A stretch of DNA of 64,000 bases from a virus: positions 27,263 to 91,262 of IMG/VR virus record IMGVR_UViG_3300020045_002743; one strand, given 5' to 3'. Position 1 is the stretch's first letter. Every line of letters begins with the position of its first letter. The notes beneath the pieces are model-generated. The model saw only the letters and a list, made by a program, of their open reading frames with translations. It had not been told where the DNA came from and did not search any database. Shown piece by piece: positions 17,517 through 27,609 of the stretch. A program made the translations under genes and the position numbers.

Positions 17517-17747
17517 ATGGCTGTAACAACTAATAACGGTTGGATGTTTGCTGTTAATGAAATGGATGCAAAAGTAGCTACAGGCGGTCTGGTCCCAGCA
17601 GCAACTACTGCATTAGCTGGTAAAGTAAAACAAATCACCTTTACTGCTCAACAAGGTACAACCTTTGCTGATTTGGCTGCTGTAACTGCTGCCTACAACG
17701 CATTGCTCACTAAATTGATTGCTGCTGGTATTATGCCTGCTGCGTAA
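17517..17747 (+). CDS. head fibre-like protein
   Basis: PAATT...G.VKQ ... YNALLTKLIAAGIM. Confidence 0.7.
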   Translation: MAVTTNNGWMFAVNEMDAKVATGGLVPAATTALAGKVKQITFTAQQGTTFADLAAVTAAYNALLTKLIAAGIMPAA

Positions 17748-17771
17748 GTATGAGGGTGGTTAATTCTGCCC

Positions 17772-17800
17772 TTGTAATATAAGATATTTTGTGATAAGCT
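17772..17800 (+). promoter_or_regulatory. sigma70-like promoter preceding HNH gene
   Basis: TTGTAA-17-TAAGCT. Confidence 0.45.
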
Positions 17801-17824
17801 ATTCAGTCAAATTTAACTAGGAGA

Positions 17825-18304
17825 TTGAGAATGCATCACAACGCAAAACATGGTAAATACAAAACAAAGACTTACGCTTCTTATCGAGCAATGATTCAAA
17901 GGGTTACGGATGAAAATCATAAAACTTTTGAACACAGTGGAGGTAGGGGTATTAAGATTTGTGATCGTTGGCTTGATCCTGTTAAGGGAGTTTTAAACTT
18001 CTTTGAGGATATGGGTGAACGCCCTGAAGGAACCACATTAGACCGTAAAGATGTTAATGGGGACTATTCCTTAGAAAATTGCAGGTGGACAACTTACTCT
18101 GAACAGAACTTCAACCAGACTCTTAAGTCCCATAATACATCAGGTAAAACTGGAGTTAGTTGGAACAAAGAAAAAGAGAAGTGGGAAGTTTATATTTCAA
18201 AGAATAAGAAAGTAATCAAACTTGGTTATTTTAAATCTTTGGAAGAAGCTATCAAGGTAAGACAGGAAGCCGAACTAGAATACTATGGTTACACAAAGGA
18301 ATAG
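17825..18304 (+). CDS. HNH/AP2-domain homing endonuclease
   Basis: GGRGIKICDRW, LDRKDVNGDYSLENCRW, NTSG.TGV + AP2-like C-terminus. Confidence 0.88.
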   Translation: MRMHHNAKHGKYKTKTYASYRAMIQRVTDENHKTFEHSGGRGIKICDRWLDPVKGVLNFFEDMGERPEGTTLDRKDVNGDYSLENCRWTTYSEQNFNQTLKSHNTSGKTGVSWNKEKEKWEVYISKNKKVIKLGYFKSLEEAIKVRQEAELEYYGYTKE

Positions 18305-18306
18305 TT

Positions 18307-18744
18307 ATGGCATTAACTCCTGTCGAACAGGTTAGACTCCTTATAGGGGATATTCCAAGTAATCCGTTTTATCCCCTATATACCGATGAAGAAATACAGC
18401 AGTTTTTAGATTTAACGAATCAAAATGTCTTTCAAGCAGCAAGATTGGCTGCTATATCAGCGTCTTTCACAGTTGCTGGTTATAGTACAAGGGAGCGTAC
18501 AGGGGACATTGAAGTTGAAAATAATTATGCTAAGAACTATCTAGCAGCACTTGGTAACTTCATCAACAACCCAACATTCATTATCCCTCCAGGCTTATTT
18601 CCTTGGTCTGCTAACAAGTGTCCAAGTAAACTCATGAGTATTGAAGTTTGTGATAGAGATAATTGCAGAGAAGCAGTTTGTTGTGAAACTGGCTGTGGGT
18701 GCAATGATTGTCATGCTGCCGGTGAAACCTTTCTTTATCAATAG
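18307..18744 (+). CDS. head-tail adaptor (neck) protein
   Basis: VRLLIGD motif; position; Cys-rich tail. Confidence 0.65.
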   Translation: MALTPVEQVRLLIGDIPSNPFYPLYTDEEIQQFLDLTNQNVFQAARLAAISASFTVAGYSTRERTGDIEVENNYAKNYLAALGNFINNPTFIIPPGLFPWSANKCPSKLMSIEVCDRDNCREAVCCETGCGCNDCHAAGETFLYQ

Positions 18745-18752
18745 GAGTTGAA

Positions 18753-19139
18753 ATGTTAAAACCTCAATTCCTCTTGACCCACAAAATTCCACTAACAATC
18801 TTTCGTAAATCTGAAGGCTCTTATGTTAATGGTAGGTGGGTAGAAGGGTCTACTTCTGAAATAGTTTTGCAGGTAAATATCCAGCCACTTAAGCCTTATG
18901 AAATCCTAATGCTTCCAGAAGCTGACAGAACTAGAGCTTGGGTTAAATTCTATTCTGCTGATTATGCTCGTACTCTCAAGGAAGGGACTGGTGGCTGGTC
19001 TGCTGATGAATTCATTTGGAAGAATGACCGTTATAAAATCATGAAGGTTGATGATTGGACAAATGGAATGGGAATTTTGGAGCATGTGAAAATTCAAGCT
19101 GCAAGAATTGAGCTTACCCCAGATGCACCCTCGACCTAA
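18753..19139 (+). CDS. head closure protein
   Basis: GSYVNGRWVEG, NIQP, LPEADR; position. Confidence 0.65.
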   Translation: MLKPQFLLTHKIPLTIFRKSEGSYVNGRWVEGSTSEIVLQVNIQPLKPYEILMLPEADRTRAWVKFYSADYARTLKEGTGGWSADEFIWKNDRYKIMKVDDWTNGMGILEHVKIQAARIELTPDAPST

Positions 19140-19148
19140 GGAGTATCT

Positions 19149-19616
19149 ATGCCATCTACATTAAAAATAGATACTTCAATATGGGACAAGATAAAGAGAA
19201 ATATCTTGGTTGGTAATGATCTTGAAGTTTCTACCGGATTCTTTGAGGGGTCTATCTACGGATCTGAAAATAACAATGCTCAAGTAGCCCAAATCGCTAG
19301 GGATAACGAAGAGGGTACAGTAAAGAACCCAACACGTCCTTTTATGAGGGTTGGGTTTGGTGGCAAGGTAGCCAAGCAGCTGCCTGAGTTGTTCAGAGCA
19401 AGCATGAAACGTATCGCTGAGGGTAAGACCACATTCAGGCAAGAATACACAAAGTTAGGCCCAATTCTTACCTCTGAAATGAAGCAATCTATTATCGAAT
19501 GGTCCACACCACCTAACAGCCCTTCAACGATTGCAGAGAAGGGTTTTAATGATCCTTTGATCAAAACAGGGAAGATGTTGGAGTCTGTGGAATCAAAAGT
19601 TGAGGCTAAAACATGA
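19149..19616 (+). CDS. neck / tail-completion protein
   Basis: P.RPFMR and PPNSPSTIAEKGFNDPLIKTG motifs. Confidence 0.7.
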   Translation: MPSTLKIDTSIWDKIKRNILVGNDLEVSTGFFEGSIYGSENNNAQVAQIARDNEEGTVKNPTRPFMRVGFGGKVAKQLPELFRASMKRIAEGKTTFRQEYTKLGPILTSEMKQSIIEWSTPPNSPSTIAEKGFNDPLIKTGKMLESVESKVEAKT

Positions 19617-20146
19617 GTATTTATTCTCAGCTAGAAAATGGGTTGTACAATGTGGCTTTGGTGGCCCTTTCAGAGTTTACTAATCCACAGGTAATTTTCA
19701 GCCACCTTAATGGCACAGAACCTGCTGAAAGCTTTGTGATAATCAATATCCTAAGTAACACTCAGCAAGGACATCACACCACTTCAACACTTACAGATAC
19801 TCAAGAGATATTAGCTACTCAAGCATCTTATGAAGTTTTTGTACAATTTAGTTTTTGTGGTAGTAAGTCTGGAGAGATGTCTTCAAGCTTCAATCAAAGA
19901 ATTAATAACAATCACAAAGTGTTTGAAGAGTTGGCTAAAAACAAGATGGGTGTTATGCGTAAAAGTCCTATGCGTAGAGCCCCACAGAAAAGAGATACTA
20001 AGTGGGTTGAATACCATAACTTAGATGTTACCTTTTCCTATACAGTAGTTACACAAGAGCTTGTAGATGTTATTGAAGTTGTAATTCTTCAAGATGTTAT
20101 TACAGGCGATGTATTCACTGTTCCCCCAGATATCGTTACACCATAA
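19613..20146 (+). CDS. tail terminator protein
   Basis: Position immediately before sheath. Confidence 0.55.
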   Translation: MSIYSQLENGLYNVALVALSEFTNPQVIFSHLNGTEPAESFVIINILSNTQQGHHTTSTLTDTQEILATQASYEVFVQFSFCGSKSGEMSSSFNQRINNNHKVFEELAKNKMGVMRKSPMRRAPQKRDTKWVEYHNLDVTFSYTVVTQELVDVIEVVILQDVITGDVFTVPPDIVTP

Positions 20147-20184
20147 GGCATTCGTATGCCAAACAACAATTAAAGGATATTCGA

Positions 20185-21477
20185 ATGTCAGAACTCGACC
20201 AAATCGTACAGCTCCAGCTGACTCGCGGCTCTACTCCGGTGGAGACGGCCAGCTTTCAGATCCCCGGCATCTTAGCTACATTTACCAATTTCTCGGAACG
20301 TACCCGCACTTATACCGATATTGATGGTGTTGGCGAAGACTTCCGTACAACTGATCCAGTTTATATTATCGCAAGTAAACTGTTTGGTCAGTCTACTGTT
20401 GGTGCTGTTCCTCCAAGTATTGTAGTAGGTCGTCGTCAAGTTAACACTGTAAATGGCTCTGTAACCGTACAGAACTCTACTCCTTACACTGTAACTATTA
20501 ACGGTACTACTTATAGCTTCACCAGCGATGCTTCAGCCACTGCAATTGAAATCATTGCAGGCTTGGACACAGCAGTAGGTACAAGCCCGGTAGGTGTAAC
20601 TTTCACTGACAACTTGGATGGTACTTTCACTGTAGGTCCAACCGTCGCAGGTACTCCATGGTCTTTCCGTGCATCTAGTAACATTACTCTTGCAAATGCT
20701 ACACCTACCGAGAGTTATGCAGATGCTGAAGTAGCCATGAACGAAGACAACGGTACTTGGTATGCCCTGTTTACCGATACCCATGTTCAAGCTGATGTAG
20801 TTGCTTTGAGTAACGTGATTGTAGCACAACGTAAGATCTTCGGTACTTCTTCACAAGATGCTGCTGTAATCACTACGGGTACTACTGACGTGGCTGCTGT
20901 GCTGAGTGCTGCAAGTGCTGGTCGTACTTATGGCGTGTATCTCCCTACTGCTGACACTGAATACCCAGAAGCAGCTTGGGCTGGTAGTCAGCTGGCTTAT
21001 ACCCCAGGTTCTAATGATTGGGACTTCAAACGTGCCGTAGGCGTTACTGTCAGTAAACTTAGTGACACTGCTCGTGTAAATCTTCGTAACAAGAACATGA
21101 ACATGTACACTCGTGGTGGCGGTGTTAATATCTTCCAAGACGGTAATATGTTTGATGCTTCTCCGATTGATGAAGTTATTGGTATTGACTGGCTGTATGC
21201 TCGTTTGCAAGAAGGTATCTATTTCCGTTTGATCAACTCCCTAAAAATCCCTATGACCAACCCAGGCCTAGTTATTATCGAGAATGAAATCCGTTCTGTA
21301 CTCTCACAAGCAGAGGCTAACGGTTTGATTGATCGCGGATGGAATGTAACCACACCTGATGTACTCGACATTCCAGAAAACATGCGGGCAGCTCGTACAG
21401 CTGGTGTATTCAAGTTTAATGCACGTCTTGCAGGGTCCATACGTCGCGTCCAGATCACCGGGTTCTTGTCTGTATAG
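20185..21477 (+). CDS. tail sheath protein (DUF3383-like)
   Basis: GIDWL.AR.QE, KIP.T..G motifs; 430 aa. Confidence 0.88.
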   Translation: MSELDQIVQLQLTRGSTPVETASFQIPGILATFTNFSERTRTYTDIDGVGEDFRTTDPVYIIASKLFGQSTVGAVPPSIVVGRRQVNTVNGSVTVQNSTPYTVTINGTTYSFTSDASATAIEIIAGLDTAVGTSPVGVTFTDNLDGTFTVGPTVAGTPWSFRASSNITLANATPTESYADAEVAMNEDNGTWYALFTDTHVQADVVALSNVIVAQRKIFGTSSQDAAVITTGTTDVAAVLSAASAGRTYGVYLPTADTEYPEAAWAGSQLAYTPGSNDWDFKRAVGVTVSKLSDTARVNLRNKNMNMYTRGGGVNIFQDGNMFDASPIDEVIGIDWLYARLQEGIYFRLINSLKIPMTNPGLVIIENEIRSVLSQAEANGLIDRGWNVTTPDVLDIPENMRAARTAGVFKFNARLAGSIRRVQITGFLSV

Positions 21478-21591
21478 TAATTAAAGGATTCCTACCAGTA
21501 TGAACTTCTGAGTTGTTTTTAGGAAGAACATTATGGTGATCGACCAAACAGAACAATAGGGAGCGATCCCATAATTAAAAGGTATATTTAA

Positions 21592-22113
21592 ATGGCCGAT
21601 GGCGTATTGGGCTCATACAGCCCCGAAGCAATAGTTGTAATCATCAGTAAGGGTGACTTTGTTCACCGTATTGGTGGTTACGCTGATGGTACTTTTCTAA
21701 ATATTTCACGTATCACTCCAGCATCAGAACTCTATGTAGCCTCTGATCTACAAGCTGGCCGGGTTAAACGTCGGAATAAAGCAAGTACTATTTCTTTGAC
21801 ACTGTTTCAACAAAGTTCAAGCAATGCTATTTTGCAAGAATTGCAACGTGCTGACGAAGAAGACGATAGAAATTCTTGGGTTTTCTCTATCACCATCAAA
21901 GACACATCTGGTACTAGTGTATTCTCATCTAACCAAGCATTCATTGCAACGGTTCCAGATGTTGGGTATTCAAATACCACTGAAACTCGTGACTGGATGA
22001 TCAGTGCCGTAAGTATGGATTCTCACGTTGGTAGCAACATGGAGTTTGATGCTGCTGAAGTTGCAGCAATGGCAGCAGTCGGTGCTCAGGTTCCGGCTCG
22101 GTGGCAGCTCTAA
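21592..22113 (+). CDS. tail tube protein (DUF3277-like)
   Basis: YSPE, GYADGTF, L.Q.S.SN, IKD.SG. Confidence 0.8.
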   Translation: MADGVLGSYSPEAIVVIISKGDFVHRIGGYADGTFLNISRITPASELYVASDLQAGRVKRRNKASTISLTLFQQSSSNAILQELQRADEEDDRNSWVFSITIKDTSGTSVFSSNQAFIATVPDVGYSNTTETRDWMISAVSMDSHVGSNMEFDAAEVAAMAAVGAQVPARWQL

Positions 22114-22129
22114 TAGGTAAGGAAGTATA

Positions 22130-22630
22130 ATGGCCCGATTAGCTACTTATATGCCAGAGGAAGTAACTATTCTTCTTGCTGGTATTCCAGTCTCAGGATT
22201 TATCCAAGGGTCATTTATTTCCGTTGACAAGGATGTCAAACCTTTTACATCTAAACGTACTGCTGATGGAACAGTTAGTCGGATGTACAATAATGACCAA
22301 ACCTATACAGTTACTTTGACTCTTTACAGCGGTAGTGATTCTAACCAACTTCTAACAAGACTTTGGCAATTAGATGAAATTACCCAAAGAGGTAAGTTTC
22401 CCTTGATGATCAAGGACGGTAGTGGATCAGATTTATTCTTTTCCACAACTACATGGATTGAGGGTATTCCTTCTTTAGTGAAGAGTAATCAATATGAACC
22501 TCGTGCTTGGACATTACGTTCAAGCTCAGCAATCATAAATATTGGTGGTAATGGTGATGCTGAGTCTATCTTAAATGATATTGTCAGTATTGCTGCTTCT
22601 GCTCTTCCAGCATTGAATGGATTGCTTTAA
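22130..22630 (+). CDS. tail tube-like protein 2
   Basis: Y.PEEV, GF..GSF, IKD.SG; paralog of tube. Confidence 0.7.
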   Translation: MARLATYMPEEVTILLAGIPVSGFIQGSFISVDKDVKPFTSKRTADGTVSRMYNNDQTYTVTLTLYSGSDSNQLLTRLWQLDEITQRGKFPLMIKDGSGSDLFFSTTTWIEGIPSLVKSNQYEPRAWTLRSSSAIINIGGNGDAESILNDIVSIAASALPALNGLL

Positions 22631-23128
22631 ATGACTAATTCTTTTAGTGTTGAGACATATTCAGCTTCAGATGTGAAGTTATCTATTGGTGGTTCTATTA
22701 TCACAGGATGGGATAACTTAAGTATCAATAGACGGGTAAAAGCTTTTACTCCTGTCTATGGTATTCGTGGTAAGAACACACGAGTTAAGAACGTAGATAC
22801 TTCGGCAACCATTACTGTCACTCTTATTCAAACAGCACAAAGTAATGACGTATTATCAGCAATACATGACTTGGATATTGATGAGGGTACAGCAAGGATT
22901 ACCTTGACTCTTAAAGATAGTTCCGGCAGAAGTGTATTTTCAAGTAATGAGGCATTCATTACATCTTACCCTGCAAAATCTTTCTCTGGTGATTTTACTT
23001 ATAACACTTGGGAAATTATTCTGCAGTCTACACAATCATACACTGTTGGCGGAAATGGCAGGCCCAGCACTGGCCTTCTAGATAACATCATCAGTGATGC
23101 AACTGACTTTGTTAGTGGTTTATTTTAA
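22631..23128 (+). CDS. tail tube-like protein 3
   Basis: YS..DV, Q...SN..L, LKD.SG.SVFSSNEAFI; paralog of tube. Confidence 0.7.
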   Translation: MTNSFSVETYSASDVKLSIGGSIITGWDNLSINRRVKAFTPVYGIRGKNTRVKNVDTSATITVTLIQTAQSNDVLSAIHDLDIDEGTARITLTLKDSSGRSVFSSNEAFITSYPAKSFSGDFTYNTWEIILQSTQSYTVGGNGRPSTGLLDNIISDATDFVSGLF

Positions 23129-23155
23129 AGCTAACTACAATCTGAGATAAAATAA

Positions 23156-23479
23156 ATGGCAGCTCCACAATTTTTAAATGTTTTACCGCAAGAAACTCTT
23201 AATGTTGATGACGAAGAATATGTTGTCACAGCAATGCCTGCTGAATTTGGTCTTGCTTTTATGCAAAAATACCAGTCAGACATGGATGAAGGTAAACAAG
23301 ATTATAAAGTTATGAAAGAAGTTATCACTTCGACCGTAACTAAAGATAATAAGATCATCGATGCGAAAAGATTTGATATTATATTTGCCCGTAAATATAT
23401 GCATGTACAAAAGCTTTATAACGAAGTTATCAAATACAACTTCGCTGATGTTTTTCAAGCGCCCGGTACAGAAGAGTAA
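23156..23479 (+). CDS. tail assembly chaperone (gpG-like)
   Basis: Between tube genes and TMP; slippery GTTTTTC near 3' end. Confidence 0.75.
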   Translation: MAAPQFLNVLPQETLNVDDEEYVVTAMPAEFGLAFMQKYQSDMDEGKQDYKVMKEVITSTVTKDNKIIDAKRFDIIFARKYMHVQKLYNEVIKYNFADVFQAPGTEE

Positions 23480-23718
23480 TAAATAATCCTTCTGTATCCG
23501 GGCCTGTAGAAAAAGAGATTGAAAATAAATACTCTCAGAGATGGGAGATTTATAGAATTGCAACTCATGAAAAAGGTGGGTTGGGTATAGCTGCTGACAT
23601 GAGTACAAAGTATAGTACTAAGCAGCTATATCAGATGTTAGAAACATTAGACGTATACGATACACTCAAGAAACTGGCTCATGATAAAGCCCTAGCAGAA
23701 GCTAAGACTAAGAAATAA
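23156..23718 (+). CDS. tail assembly chaperone, -1 frameshifted long form (gpGT-like)
   Basis: GTTTTT at 23450-23455, hairpin 23461-23503, -1 frame open to TAA 23716-23718. Confidence 0.7.
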
Positions 23719-23729
23719 GGAGAAGACAT

Positions 23730-25580
23730 TTGGAGATTGCTCGCTATACGATAGGAACTTCGATTGTTTTCCCTCGTTCAGAAATTGTTAGGTTTGATGC
23801 TCAGTTAAGAATTCTAGAGTCAAAGATAAGAGCTTCTAGCCAGAAAATGAATGCTCTGTTTAATTTAAACCTCTCTAGGTTTAATGTTAATCAGCCAGCG
23901 TTAAATAGGGCTTTAGGGAATGCTTTAGATATTGCAAGCGCATCTCTATTCTTCCGAGTAGAGCATTTTGTTGTAGACACCGATGCACTCCGTAGGGCTT
24001 TGTTAGCGGCCCAATTAAGAGCACAAGCTGGCCTCCCTCCAATTAACTCCCGAATCAATGGTGGTCCAGGTGGAGGCGCGGGTGGCTTAGGTGGTGGTAT
24101 TTATGGGGGCCTATCCCGGCTCTATGGTCCAGCACTTGCGCTAGGGTTTGGTGGATATGGCCTGAGTAAGCTCAACCAAAGAAACCAAGAAGTTGTCGCT
24201 GCTCAATTGCAAACACAAGCTGTAAGTACGGCTAACGGTGGCACAGCTGAACAGGGTGATCAGTCTTTTGCTTGGCTTAAACAACAAGGTAATAGGGTTG
24301 GATTTAACTACCTTGAGGCGGCGCCCAGCTTTAACACATTAACAGCAAACCTACTAGGATCTGGTAGCTCGTTACAAGATTCTAAGAACGTTTTCAAGGG
24401 TTTTTCTGAATTCGGCAGAATTAACAAATTATCAGCTGCAAAAATGCAGCTTGTTTTCAAAGCTCTTGGAGATATTGCAGGTAAAGATAAGCTACAAGCA
24501 CAAGAGCTAACCACTCAATTAGGCAACACTCTCCCCGGGGCGAGAGGTATTTTTGCTCAAGCATATCAAAACCAACTAAAAGCAACGGGTAAGGGTAAAG
24601 GAGACCTTACAGGCAGTGCATCTATTGTGGCCCTATTAGATGCGATGAAGAAGGGCGAAGTACATGGTAATATCTTAACTTATGCAGCAGATATTGCATC
24701 AGCCAAAGCCCAACCAGGTTTAGAAAAAGCCTCTCAAGCATCTCAAGCTGAACAAGCTCGTTATCAGAATGCTGTAACTGATATGGCTATTGTAGCTTCT
24801 AACTCAGGCGTTGAAGAAGGTTTTGCCCGTATCTTTCGTACCCTTACAGCAGGCTTAAGTGAAAGCAATGGTCTAGTGACCACTCTTGCAGAAGGCTTCA
24901 ATGAAGCTACTAAATGGGCCGATGATTTACTACTTTTCCCTCAATCTTTTGCAAGAGCCTTGGAAGGTAAAGACAGCCTTGTAGCAGACTGGCTTGGTGT
25001 AGATAAAACTTCCCAGCTAGTCAAAGATTGGCAAGACATTAAGACCTTATGGGATCAAATGTCAGCTCTTAATCCCAGCAACTTGTTTGGTCAATTTCTC
25101 CCTACAATAGAAGCCACCACTCGTGAGCTTGCAATGATTTTAAACCAGCTTGCACAGTTCCAACAATGGAAGACTAATCTCACAGCTTCACCCTCTCAAG
25201 ATACTGATGTGAGCTTCTGGCAACGTCCAATTACTTCCACTTATCAAACGCTGGGTAGATTCTTTGGTGGTGTTGGTGATGCTGTAGATAGGTCCAAGGA
25301 CAGAGGCCGGGCGGTATATGATGACCCTAATGCTTTCTTTTATCAGAATCCAGCACTCTATGATGAAAATCAAAAGAACATGGCTATGGATCAGGCTGCT
25401 GCGGGGAATGACTATCAACTGAATGGGTCTGGCTCAGTAACTAATCAGTTTGATATTAGTATCAATATAGATCCAGCAACAATGGGAAATATTGATGTTC
25501 AGTCCCAAGCTGAAGATTTGATGAACAGATTTAAAATTGAATTGTCTAATGCCTCTGTTAATTTCCCTGTCAAAGAGTAA
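23730..25580 (+). CDS. tape measure protein
   Basis: TTG start with AAGGAG; tape-measure motif (K.KLQAQEL..QLG..LPGA); A/G-rich helical. Confidence 0.88.
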   Translation: MEIARYTIGTSIVFPRSEIVRFDAQLRILESKIRASSQKMNALFNLNLSRFNVNQPALNRALGNALDIASASLFFRVEHFVVDTDALRRALLAAQLRAQAGLPPINSRINGGPGGGAGGLGGGIYGGLSRLYGPALALGFGGYGLSKLNQRNQEVVAAQLQTQAVSTANGGTAEQGDQSFAWLKQQGNRVGFNYLEAAPSFNTLTANLLGSGSSLQDSKNVFKGFSEFGRINKLSAAKMQLVFKALGDIAGKDKLQAQELTTQLGNTLPGARGIFAQAYQNQLKATGKGKGDLTGSASIVALLDAMKKGEVHGNILTYAADIASAKAQPGLEKASQASQAEQARYQNAVTDMAIVASNSGVEEGFARIFRTLTAGLSESNGLVTTLAEGFNEATKWADDLLLFPQSFARALEGKDSLVADWLGVDKTSQLVKDWQDIKTLWDQMSALNPSNLFGQFLPTIEATTRELAMILNQLAQFQQWKTNLTASPSQDTDVSFWQRPITSTYQTLGRFFGGVGDAVDRSKDRGRAVYDDPNAFFYQNPALYDENQKNMAMDQAAAGNDYQLNGSGSVTNQFDISINIDPATMGNIDVQSQAEDLMNRFKIELSNASVNFPVKE

Positions 25581-25592
25581 GGAGCAACACTT

Positions 25593-26384
25593 ATGACGCT
25601 AGCCGTTAGATGGGGTGAAGACCTTACAGATGATTTGGGCGGTTTCATCTACTTTGACGCTATTACAGCGTATACACAAAACTTCAAAGGTCAGGTTACC
25701 AAGCACCCCATAGCTAATGGTGGGAATGTTTCTGACCACTTTATCAGAGATAATCCAGTAATCACATTATCTGGTGTTATTACTGGAGTAGATATCTCGA
25801 CTGGTGTTTATCTCATTCAAGATAATAGTGGTATAGAACCTTCAAACACTTTTCCAGCTCCGTCTGCTGTGTCTGTTAACTCAACAGATCAAAGTGTTCT
25901 ACAAAGGTTTATTCCAGACAGTATCGGACAATTCCTGGGTGACGCTACTCCCAATGTCACTGTAGATGCAAGACGTGCTGATCTTATTGAGCAAATTAGA
26001 CAAGCTTTGGTGAACCTTGCAACAGGTGATGTTTATAATTCAAATACTGGTCAATTTAGACCTCAAATTCAAATAGTTCGTTTATTTGAATTTGATAAGA
26101 ACTTGATTCGTAGGATTATAAACAGACTTGTAATCACCAACGTAACTTTCAAAGAAGATGCTAACTCTGGTTATGCTCTTTATTGTGATATTACCTTTGA
26201 ACAAGTTACCTTTGCAAACCTTAAGAAGACAACCATCCCCAAAGATGTGGTTAACTCTCTTAAAAAGAAAGGTGCTACAAAGGCTGATAAAGGCAAACAA
26301 GACAGTACGCCACAGGATATTTCTGGAGGATCTACTGATGCCCCCAAAGATACAGATCCTCTAAGACAAGCTAGGGAGAACTAA
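25593..26384 (+). CDS. baseplate / tube-initiator protein
   Basis: FDA, VTKHPI..G..VSDH, LSGVI motifs. Confidence 0.7.
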   Translation: MTLAVRWGEDLTDDLGGFIYFDAITAYTQNFKGQVTKHPIANGGNVSDHFIRDNPVITLSGVITGVDISTGVYLIQDNSGIEPSNTFPAPSAVSVNSTDQSVLQRFIPDSIGQFLGDATPNVTVDARRADLIEQIRQALVNLATGDVYNSNTGQFRPQIQIVRLFEFDKNLIRRIINRLVITNVTFKEDANSGYALYCDITFEQVTFANLKKTTIPKDVVNSLKKKGATKADKGKQDSTPQDISGGSTDAPKDTDPLRQAREN

Positions 26385-26716
26385 TGGCTACCAAATACAT
26401 TTCACTCCCTCTGTTCTCTGATCCCTATTATACATATGCTGTAGCTCTTCAAGATGTGTCCTATAATCTTGAATTTATCTACAATGAGCGTACTCAGCTA
26501 TACTCACTATCTTTGTATGATCAGAACAATGATCCTATTGTTCTAGGTGAAGCTTTAGTACCAAATTATCCAATATTTAAGGACTATGCAATATTCCCTT
26601 TAACTGGATTCTTCTGGATGGAAGAGAGGGCAGATATTATATCAGAGCCATATAAACTTTATCCAGATTCTATTGATCAATATTACAATCTCTTTTATAT
26701 TTATGATGAGGTGTAG
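26384..26716 (+). CDS. baseplate protein
   Basis: F.YNER motif; position. Confidence 0.6.
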   Translation: MATKYISLPLFSDPYYTYAVALQDVSYNLEFIYNERTQLYSLSLYDQNNDPIVLGEALVPNYPIFKDYAIFPLTGFFWMEERADIISEPYKLYPDSIDQYYNLFYIYDEV

Positions 26717-26718
26717 TT

Positions 26719-27606
26719 ATGGACTTGATTCAAAAGAATCGCCAGTATAAATTAATAATTGGCAACTATCAAACTACAAACGCCTTAGAGATTGATGCTC
26801 TTCAAGTTACATTTGATATTTCAAAGTCAGTTAACAATAAGAAGAAAACTAACTCAGCCTCTATTGAAGTTTATAATCTTACTGATGATCAACTAAAGAT
26901 TTTGGATACAGACTTCCCGGCAGCTGTATTCTCAGCGGGTTATGAAGATACTGGTGGTGTCAAAAGACTTTTCTCTGGACAAGTTAATAATGTGACAACC
27001 AGAAAGTCCGGCACGGATCGTGTTACTCAGATACAAATGGGTAGCGGTTACACTGAACTAAACCATGAGGTTCTGAGTCAGGTTGTACCTCCCGGTAAGA
27101 ATGTGCAAGATGCTATTGAAGAACTACGTAAGGCTATTGGTGCTGATCGTGGTGTTTATAATGGTACCAACCTAAACAATCAAATCATCTATGGTTATCC
27201 TTTGTCTGGAACACCTAAAGAGATGCTGGATGAGTTATCTGAAAAATATAACTTAAATTGGCAACTTGATGGTGAAGTTCTTTATGTCAATAATAATGAC
27301 AGAGCTAATACTGAGAACTTCAATCAGGCTTATGTAATTTCTGAGTTTACAGGTATGGTTGAGATTCCTTATCGTACTACCTTGAACAAAGGTAGATCAA
27401 AGAAAGATAAGATTAAGAAGCCCGGAGTTCAATTCAAGATTCTTCTTAATCCAGCTATTATTGCTGGTGATATTATCAGACTTGAAGATACTTTGATTAC
27501 TGGATGGTACAAAGTAGAAGATATCAGACATACTGGTAGCTGGAGAGGGTCACCATGGTATTCGGAAATTAAGGCAACAACACTAGAGAAAGTAGACAGG
27601 AAGTAG
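26719..27606 (+). CDS. baseplate hub protein
   Basis: N.A.I.VYNL, AGY....LF.G, LLNP, Y.V....H.G motifs. Confidence 0.75.
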   Translation: MDLIQKNRQYKLIIGNYQTTNALEIDALQVTFDISKSVNNKKKTNSASIEVYNLTDDQLKILDTDFPAAVFSAGYEDTGGVKRLFSGQVNNVTTRKSGTDRVTQIQMGSGYTELNHEVLSQVVPPGKNVQDAIEELRKAIGADRGVYNGTNLNNQIIYGYPLSGTPKEMLDELSEKYNLNWQLDGEVLYVNNNDRANTENFNQAYVISEFTGMVEIPYRTTLNKGRSKKDKIKKPGVQFKILLNPAIIAGDIIRLEDTLITGWYKVEDIRHTGSWRGSPWYSEIKATTLEKVDRK

Positions 27607-27609
27607 ATT

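Noticed and set aside
21478-21591. Sheath-tube spacer with hairpin ATTATGG-T-GATCG/CGATC-CCATAAT and a faint HNH-like peptide (HYGDRPNRT)
   Set aside because: Similarity too weak to call a remnant; the hairpin may be a simple stability or processing element
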